Source: Phycisphaerae bacterium
GTDB lineage: Bacteria > Planctomycetota > Phycisphaerae > UBA1845 > Fen-1342
Reading direction: 5' to 3'
NCBI GenBank assembly: GCA_050115495.1
Contig: JASFQK010000018.1
Span: forward strand, 1 to 64,000
DNA: 64,000 nucleotides
Shown here piece after piece: positions 57,654-64,000 of the stretch. A program made the position numbers and the translations under genes. Position 1 is the first letter of the stretch. Each line of letters opens with the position of its first letter. Below the pieces are notes generated by a model. The model saw only the letters and a program-made list of their open reading frames with translations. It was not told the DNA's origin and ran no database searches.

Positions 57654-59066
57654 CTATTCGGCCGCGGCTGGCTGATGCGCCGGGGCTTTCGGGGCCCGCA
57701 ACAACAGCGCCAGAACGGCCGCCACGAGGCAGGCCACGCCGGCGATGATGAACGGCGTACGCCAGGCGGTTGCCGTGACCTCGGCCACCGTCTGAGCCAC
57801 AGGGGCCGCGTCCTTGAAGTAGCCGGCCACCTGGGGCCCGGCGATGCCGGCGATGCCGTAGGCCAGGAAGACCCACGGGTAGTTCGTGCCGACGTTCTTG
57901 TTGCCGAAGAAGTCGGCCGTCGCCGCCGGGAAGAGGGCGAAGTTGCCGCCGAAGTTGAAGCCGATGATGCAGGCGCCGACGATCAGTCCGATCTCCGAGG
58001 CGCCAACGTTGTAGAACACGAGCATCATGACGCCCTGGATGAGGCACATCAGGAATAGCGACGCCTTGCGTCCGATCTTGTCGGACACGGTGCCCCAGAC
58101 GATGCGTCCGAGACCGTTGAGGATGGCGTACCAGGCCATCGCCGTGCCCGCGATCGCGCCGGCGCTCTTGCGCACGTCCTCGAGCACATCGCCGGTAACC
58201 ACCTTGTTGGCGATCAGGCTGTCCACGCCGAACAATCGGATGCAGCCGATCACCATCAGGCCCGCCAGTGCCGAGCCCGTGAACATGACCAGCAGGCCCC
58301 AGTACTGGGGCGTGGCGAACAACTGTCCAGTCGTCAGATCGGCGACGGCCGCCAGCTTGGTACCACCAGCCTTGGCGGGTCCCGTCGGGTTCCAGCCGGC
58401 CGGCTTCCAGCCCGCGGGCGGGTTGACCATCACGCAACTGCCGAGCAGGATCAGGACGAGGAACGTGATGCCGTAGATGACGAAGACGGCCTGGACGCCC
58501 GGCAGGCCGAACAGTCCGTCGGCCTTCGCCAGCAGCCCGCCTTTCCAGAACCAGCTTCCGGCCAGTTTGACCCAGATCGTGGCGCCGAAGCCGAAGCCCG
58601 CGACGGCCAGGCCGGTGATCATGCCCTTCTTATCGGGGAACCACTTGACGCCCACGGCGATCGGCACGACGTAGGCCAGGCCGATGCCGGCGCCGCCGAT
58701 GATGCCGATGCAGATAAGCTGGCTGACGAAAGTCTTCCCGACGAAACCGCCGAGGATGTAGCCGACGCCGAGCACAAGGCCGCCGACGATGGCGACCACA
58801 CGCGGCCCCGATTTCGCCTGCCAGCGGCCGGCGACGAGCATGGCCAGAGCGAACGTTGCCAGGCCGGCCGAGAAGACCCACTGCGTCTGCGTGGCCGAGA
58901 AGCCGTAGCCGCCGTTCTCCGGACTCGCCTTCAGCGTCGTGGTGAACACGCTCCAGGCGTAGATCGCCCCAAGGCATAATTGGATGAGGATGGCCCCAAT
59001 GACCACGAGCCACCGGTTCATGACCGGAGAGGCTGCCGGCGTGGCCGCCGCGTCGTCGTTTGTCAC
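57654..59066 (-). CDS. OFA-family MFS transporter (oxalate/formate antiporter-like)
   Basis: LGAIYAWSVF, KWFPDKKG..G, NGLGRI.WG..SD, FFG.KN.GTNY; about 12 TM. Confidence 0.9.
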   Translation of the reverse strand: MTNDDAAATPAASPVMNRWLVVIGAILIQLCLGAIYAWSVFTTTLKASPENGGYGFSATQTQWVFSAGLATFALAMLVAGRWQAKSGPRVVAIVGGLVLGVGYILGGFVGKTFVSQLICIGIIGGAGIGLAYVVPIAVGVKWFPDKKGMITGLAVAGFGFGATIWVKLAGSWFWKGGLLAKADGLFGLPGVQAVFVIYGITFLVLILLGSCVMVNPPAGWKPAGWNPTGPAKAGGTKLAAVADLTTGQLFATPQYWGLLVMFTGSALAGLMVIGCIRLFGVDSLIANKVVTGDVLEDVRKSAGAIAGTAMAWYAILNGLGRIVWGTVSDKIGRKASLFLMCLIQGVMMLVFYNVGASEIGLIVGACIIGFNFGGNFALFPAATADFFGNKNVGTNYPWVFLAYGIAGIAGPQVAGYFKDAAPVAQTVAEVTATAWRTPFIIAGVACLVAAVLALLLRAPKAPAHQPAAAE

Positions 59067-59182
59067 TTGTCTGTCTCCCGTTGAGGAATTGCGGATGGTT
59101 CCGCGCAGTCGGGGGTCGGTGGTGGGTCAGCCCGGACGTTCCGCGCCACGTCCGCGCCGCCCGGCCGGCTTGCGCCTGAGGT

Positions 59183-59215
59183 AAAACCGCGGCGCGGGCG
59201 AACCCGCGCCGCGGT
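59183..59215 (-). terminator. Intrinsic terminator after acs
   Basis: Minus strand ACCGCGGCGCGGG-TTCG-CCCGCGCCGCGG-TTTT. Confidence 0.75.
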
Positions 59216-59229
59216 CCATGCCGTGCAGC

Positions 59230-61212
59230 CTAGGCCGGCTTGTTCGCGATCAGGTTTTCCACGACGCTCGGGTCGGCAAGCGTCGACGTGTCGCCGATGG
59301 CCTCCGTCTGGTTCTCGGCGATCTTGCGCAGGATGCGGCGCATGATCTTGCCGGAACGGGTCTTGGGCAGGCCGGGGGCCCAGTGAACGACGTCCGGCGT
59401 GGCGATCGGGCCGATCTCCGTGCGGACGTGCTTGACCAGCTCCTTCTTGAGCTCGTCGGTGTATTCCTGGCCGGCGATCAGCGTCACGTAGGCGTAGATG
59501 CCCTGGCCCTTGATGTCGTGCGGATAGCCGACGACGGCGGCCTCGGCGACCGCCGGGTGCGACACGAGGGCGCTTTCGACCTCGGCCGTGCCCATGCGGT
59601 GGCCGGACACGTTGATGACATCGTCGACGCGGCCGGTGATCCAGTAGTAGCCGTCCTCATCGCGGCGGCAACCGTCGCCGGTGAAGTACTGGCCGGCGTA
59701 CGATGAGAAGTACGTCTCCTTGAAGCGTTCGTGCTGGCCGTAGACGGTGCGCATCATGCCGGGCCAGGGTTCGGCGATGCAGAGCACGCCGGAACCGGCG
59801 CCCTTGATCTCCTCACCCTCGGCGGTGAGCAGCATGGGCTTGACGCCGAAGAAGGGCAGGGTGGCCGAGCCGGGCTTGAGACCCCAGGCACCAGGCAGGG
59901 GGGTGATGAGAATGCCGCCGGTCTCAGTCTGCCACCAGGTGTCGACGATGGGGCAGCGCTCGTGGCCGACGTGCTTGTGGTACCAGAGCCAGGCCTCGGG
60001 GTTGATGGGCTCGCCGACGGAGCCGAGGAGGCGGAGGCTGGTGAGCTTGTGCTTCTGCACGAAGCTCTCACCCTCGCGCATCAGGGCGCGGATGGCGGTG
60101 GGGGCGGTGTAGAACTGGTTGACCTGGTACTTGTCGCAGACCTCCCAGAAGCGGCCGGCGTCGGGATACGTCGGCACGCCCTCGAACATGATCGACTTCG
60201 CCCCGTTGGCCAGCGGGCCATAGACGATGTACGAGTGGCCGGTGACCCAGCCGATGTCGGCCGTGCACCAGAACATGTCGCCATCGTGGTAGTCGAAGAT
60301 GTACTTGAAGGTGGTGGCCGTGTAGACCATGTAGCCACCGATGGTGTGCAGCACGCCCTTGGGCTTGCCGGTCGAGCCGGAGGTGTAGAGGATGAAGAGG
60401 GGATCCTCGGCGTCCATCCACTCGCAGGGGCAGTCGGGCGAGGCCTTGGCCATGACGTCGTCCCACCAGTGGTCACGGCCTTCCTTCATGTCGATCTTGA
60501 CGCGGTCGCCCACGCGCTTGTAGACGATGCAGGTTTTGACGTTCACGCCCTGCTTGGCGCAGATGTCCATGGCCGCATCCGCGTTGGCCTTGAGCGTGAC
60601 GGCCTTGGCGCCGCGCATCACACCGTCGGTCGTGACCAGGAAGGTGCAGGTCGAGTCGACGATGCGGTCGGCCAGCGAGTCGGGGCTGAAGCCGCCGAAG
60701 ACGATGGAGTGGATCGCGCCGATGCGGGCACAGGCCAGCATGGCGATGGCCAACTCCTTGACCATGGGCATGTAGATCGAGACGCGGTCGCCCTTCTTCA
60801 CGCCGTACTGCTTGAGGACGTTGGCGAACTTGCAGACCTCGGCGTGCAGTTGACGGTAGGTGAGGCGGGCGTCTTCGCCGGGCTCGTTGCCTTCCCAGAT
60901 GATGGCGTCCTGGTCGCCGCGCGTATCGAGGTGGCGGTCCAGGCAGTTGTAGGTGATGTTGGTCTTGCCGCCCTGGAACCACTTGATGGAGATGCTGCCG
61001 GTGAAGTCGTATTCACGGACGCTGGTCCACTTCTGCTTCCAGTAGAAGTCCTTCTCCGCGATCTCGCCCCAGAAACCCGCGGGGTCGTCGAGCGAGCGCT
61101 TGTACATTTCCTGGTACTGCTCGAAGGACTTGATGTGGGCCTTCTGGACGAACTCGGCCGGGGGATGGAACAGCTCTTTGCCGGTCGCCTCGCTGGAGCC
61201 CGCTGCCGCCAT
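59230..61212 (-). CDS. acs: Acetyl-CoA synthetase
   Basis: [45 protein letters not shown]. Confidence 0.96.
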   Translation of the reverse strand: MAAAGSSEATGKELFHPPAEFVQKAHIKSFEQYQEMYKRSLDDPAGFWGEIAEKDFYWKQKWTSVREYDFTGSISIKWFQGGKTNITYNCLDRHLDTRGDQDAIIWEGNEPGEDARLTYRQLHAEVCKFANVLKQYGVKKGDRVSIYMPMVKELAIAMLACARIGAIHSIVFGGFSPDSLADRIVDSTCTFLVTTDGVMRGAKAVTLKANADAAMDICAKQGVNVKTCIVYKRVGDRVKIDMKEGRDHWWDDVMAKASPDCPCEWMDAEDPLFILYTSGSTGKPKGVLHTIGGYMVYTATTFKYIFDYHDGDMFWCTADIGWVTGHSYIVYGPLANGAKSIMFEGVPTYPDAGRFWEVCDKYQVNQFYTAPTAIRALMREGESFVQKHKLTSLRLLGSVGEPINPEAWLWYHKHVGHERCPIVDTWWQTETGGILITPLPGAWGLKPGSATLPFFGVKPMLLTAEGEEIKGAGSGVLCIAEPWPGMMRTVYGQHERFKETYFSSYAGQYFTGDGCRRDEDGYYWITGRVDDVINVSGHRMGTAEVESALVSHPAVAEAAVVGYPHDIKGQGIYAYVTLIAGQEYTDELKKELVKHVRTEIGPIATPDVVHWAPGLPKTRSGKIMRRILRKIAENQTEAIGDTSTLADPSVVENLIANKPA

Positions 61213-61691
61213 GTTGTTCTCCTGTCAAGTGCTGCCAGATTCTCCGGAACTACTCTGCCCGCGGACGGCCCGGCGGCATGCGCCGACCTCGCCTCGCGGT
61301 ACTCCTGAGATGCCCTGTGGGCATCGATGATCGCGCCGGAACGTGGACCACTACCGCTGTGTGGCCGTGGATTGAGCGTTGCTCAATGACCGGGCACTGA
61401 TTGTGGGCTGAAGCCGGCGGGATTTCCGCCGACAGACCTGCTCTGCTGGCCAGGGCCGAGGCGGCCGCTGACCGAGCGATTAGGATTCGTGCCTCATAGC
61501 GTACAGAGCAATCCCCATCCCGCAAGCCCCCGGTCCCGGCAAAAGCCCGTTTCACCGGTTGGAAAGGGGACACGCGGCCATGTTGCGCAGAAAACATGTG
61601 CGATTCGTTGCTCTCGGCCGACTATAATCCGCCCGAGGGCGGTTGCCGGCAGGGTCCCGGAAGGCCGGACCTCGGCGTCGGAGGAGGCGGC

Positions 61692-63173
61692 ATGCTCAGG
61701 CTCGACGGCCTGCGCATCGAGGCGATTGTCGGTCTTGAAGTCCACGTGCAGCTCGCCACGCGGACCAAGATGTTCTGCGCCTGCCCGGTCGAGTTCGGTG
61801 CGCCGCCGAATTCGCGAACCTGCCCCGTCTGCCTGGGGCTTCCAGGAGCGCTTCCGGTGCCGAACCGGGCGGCGGTCGGCCACGCGATCCGGACAGCGTT
61901 GGCCCTCAATTGCTCCATCGCGGATTTCACGAAGTGGGATCGCAAGAATTACTTCTACCCTGACCAGCCGAAGAACTACCAGATCACGCAGTACGACCTG
62001 CCGCTGACGCATGACGGGCATTTCGAGTTCACCCTCGGCCACTACCCGCGACGCGTGCGCATCCGCCGCGTCCATCTCGAAGAGGATGCCGGCAAGAACG
62101 TGCACGATCTGGCCGGCGGGACCGGCGTCGATCTGAACCGCGCCGGCACGCCACTGCTGGAGATTGTCACCGAGCCCGACTTGCGGTCGGCGGAGGAGGT
62201 GCGGGAGTGCGCCGTCCAGCTTCACCGGCTGGTGCGTTATCTCGGCGTGAGCGAGGCGGTGATGCAGCGGGGGCAGATGCGTTTCGAGCCGAACATCAAC
62301 GTTCGTATACTCAATGGCCGCAAGGAATCCCGCACGCCCATCGTTGAGGTCAAGAACCTCAACTCCTTCCACGCCCTTCAGCAGGCCGTCCAGCATGAGA
62401 TCGACCGTCAGGTGGAGCTGTGGCGAGACGACGGCGTGACCGCTGAATCGGGCAACAAGTCCAACCGGGGTTGGGACGACGGTCGCGGCGTCACCGTGCC
62501 GCAACGCGGCAAGGAAGAGGCCCACGATTATCGGTACTTCCCCGAGCCGGATCTTGTGCCGCTCTGCATCGACCGGCTGTGGGTCGGGCAGCTTAAGACC
62601 GACATGCCGGAATTGCCGGTCTATCGCGCCGAGCGCTACGTCAGCGAGTACAAGATCTCGCGTCGGGAGGCTTCGGTCTTGGTCGATGACCGGGCGACGG
62701 CGGACCTGCTGGATGATGCGGCGGACGCGGGTGGGGACAAGCGGACGCTGGCCAAACAGTTTCTTGGATTGTGGGCCCGTTTAGCCTGCGATCGTGGGAC
62801 GACGATCGCCGGGCTGGGTGTGTCGCCGGGGCGTCTGGCGGAGTTGGCGAATCTGGTTTGCGGTGGGCGGCTGAACGCGACGGCAGGGGCGCGGGTCGCG
62901 GAAGCGATGCTGGCCAACCACGATCCGCCGACGGCGGTGGCCGAGCGGCTGGGCGTGATGCAGGATCGTGATCGGACTCGCGTGGCGGTCTGGGTCGACG
63001 AAGCGCTGGCGCAGAACGAGCGAGCGGTACGCGATGCGCTGGTGAATCCGAAGAAGCGACGGGCCGCGCGCGGTTATCTGGTGGGGCAGGTGATGCAGGC
63101 GTCGGGTGGCCGGGCGGACCCGAGACTGGTCGCCGATCTGATCGACGGTCGGCTGAAAGCGCGGCAGGATTGA
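61692..63173 (+). CDS. gatB: Asp-tRNA(Asn)/Glu-tRNA(Gln) amidotransferase subunit B
   Basis: GLEVHVQL, CPVCLGLPG, RKNYFYPD, HLEEDAGK, DLNRAG, EVKNLNS, DYRYFPEPD; TATAAT upstream at about 61624. Confidence 0.93.
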   Translation: MLRLDGLRIEAIVGLEVHVQLATRTKMFCACPVEFGAPPNSRTCPVCLGLPGALPVPNRAAVGHAIRTALALNCSIADFTKWDRKNYFYPDQPKNYQITQYDLPLTHDGHFEFTLGHYPRRVRIRRVHLEEDAGKNVHDLAGGTGVDLNRAGTPLLEIVTEPDLRSAEEVRECAVQLHRLVRYLGVSEAVMQRGQMRFEPNINVRILNGRKESRTPIVEVKNLNSFHALQQAVQHEIDRQVELWRDDGVTAESGNKSNRGWDDGRGVTVPQRGKEEAHDYRYFPEPDLVPLCIDRLWVGQLKTDMPELPVYRAERYVSEYKISRREASVLVDDRATADLLDDAADAGGDKRTLAKQFLGLWARLACDRGTTIAGLGVSPGRLAELANLVCGGRLNATAGARVAEAMLANHDPPTAVAERLGVMQDRDRTRVAVWVDEALAQNERAVRDALVNPKKRRAARGYLVGQVMQASGGRADPRLVADLIDGRLKARQD

Positions 63174-63678
63174 GGGGCGCGGGGGCCGGGGGGATTCCGG
63201 CAGAATCGACATATTCTGACGAGAGCCGGGCGGTGCGGAAATCGGATTAAGGGTTGTAGCCCGGCAGCCAGTGCATGGCGGGGATCATCTGTGACAGCCC
63301 CTCACCGGGAGGACAATTCGCGATGTCCCCGCCAGTCGCCTCGACCTACGACCATCTGGCGCTCGCAACCGCCGGCGTGGCGACACGTCGGCTGCCGGCG
63401 GTCGCCCGCGTGGAGGCACACCGCGCGGGCGACTCCGTTTGGCGGCGCGCCCTGGGGAGGCCTTCACACGGGGCGTGCACGTTCGGTGGTTGCCACCGGA
63501 TGGGTGTTGCCCGCGCCCGGGCCGAAGCCCCCACGCCGCCATCTTGATGTGACCCTTCTCATGTGCCACGTGCACACGCGACGCCCGGGCCGGATTCCCG
63601 AGACCAGCATCTCTCCCCGGTGCTGAAACCCCGGCCCCGGGCGGTGTGCGCGCGGCGGGGAGCCAGGGGGATACCCGG

Positions 63679-63724
63679 AAAAGGCCGGTGCCCCGACCCG
63701 CTGGTTGGCGAGCCGGGGCACCGG
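63679..63724 (-). terminator. Intrinsic terminator after the dockerin-bearing gene
   Basis: CCGGTGCCCCG/CGGGGCACCGG stem followed by TTTT on the minus strand. Confidence 0.6.
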
Positions 63725-63763
63725 ATCAGTCTTCAGGCAGACGTCTGGTTGCGGTCAATCCGA

Positions 63764-64000
63764 CTACGGATTGAGCAGCAACTGGACGAACGGCGTGATG
63801 TCGAAGTTGTCGACGTTACCGTCGCCGTTGATGTCCGCGAACATGATGTCGCAACCGGGGTACTGCACCGCGTACTCGGTGGGGTTGGTCACCGCCAGCA
63901 CGAAGGGCGAGATGTCGAAGTTGTCGACGTTCAGGTCGCAGTTGAGGTCGCCGACGAGGCCCTCGAAAGGCACGAGCCCCCAGATCTGGACGTCGTCGAT
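63764..64000 (-). CDS. C-terminal end of a dockerin-like-domain secreted protein (truncated by the window edge)
   Basis: [47 protein letters not shown]; closely similar to the C-terminus of 599-2731. Confidence 0.85.
   Translation of the reverse strand: MDDVQIWGLVPFEGLVGDLNCDLNVDNFDISPFVLAVTNPTEYAVQYPGCDIMFADINGDGNVDNFDITPFVQLLLNP

Noticed and set aside
593..61308. Many long antisense or alternative-frame ORFs (for example 593-2320, 9614-11065, 28187-30187, 35010-37073, 52392-53969, 59731-61308)
   Set aside because: They overlap well-supported genes, lack motifs, and are expected from stop-codon scarcity at this GC and codon bias.
63323..63547. 74-aa ORF after a GGAGG sequence
   Set aside because: No motif, Ala/Arg/Pro-rich composition and a long SD spacing; cannot be supported without homology or Ribo-seq.

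Overview
High-GC bacterial chromosomal segment, most likely Planctomycetota, class Phycisphaerae. Supporting signs are TPEP-type PEP-CTERM tails, Cys-containing dockerin-like C-termini, a DUF1559-type prepilin protein, a eukaryote-like UDP-GlcNAc pyrophosphorylase and an S1-domain paralogue. About 50 CDS can be supported, mostly unlinked housekeeping or metabolic genes (hslU, lpxA, pdxJ, ahcY, acs, gatB, carbamate kinase, ClC, Mrp). I saw no tRNA, rRNA, CRISPR array, transposase, integrase or reverse transcriptase. Highlights: (1) A tandem array of four PEP-CTERM surface proteins at 42.4-47.8 kb, built by domain shuffling and apparent gene conversion. Three of them share a promoter architecture and a ~330-380 nt leader holding a 5' hairpin and an orphan GAAAGGAGG Shine-Dalgarno ~110-128 nt before the start, and they also share a 3' double hairpin. 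(2) A dedicated acyl-chain cluster at 24.4-29.7 kb: LpxL-like acyltransferase, two FabZ, an enlarged ACP, a catalytically dead KS and an active KS. It resembles the rhizobial AcpXL/LpxXL and anammox-type clusters. (3) At least six different REP/REPIN/MITE-like palindromic repeat families, some in composite clusters. (4) Candidate leaderless genes and several enzymes with altered catalytic motifs. Start codons were chosen by eye and no database searches were run.
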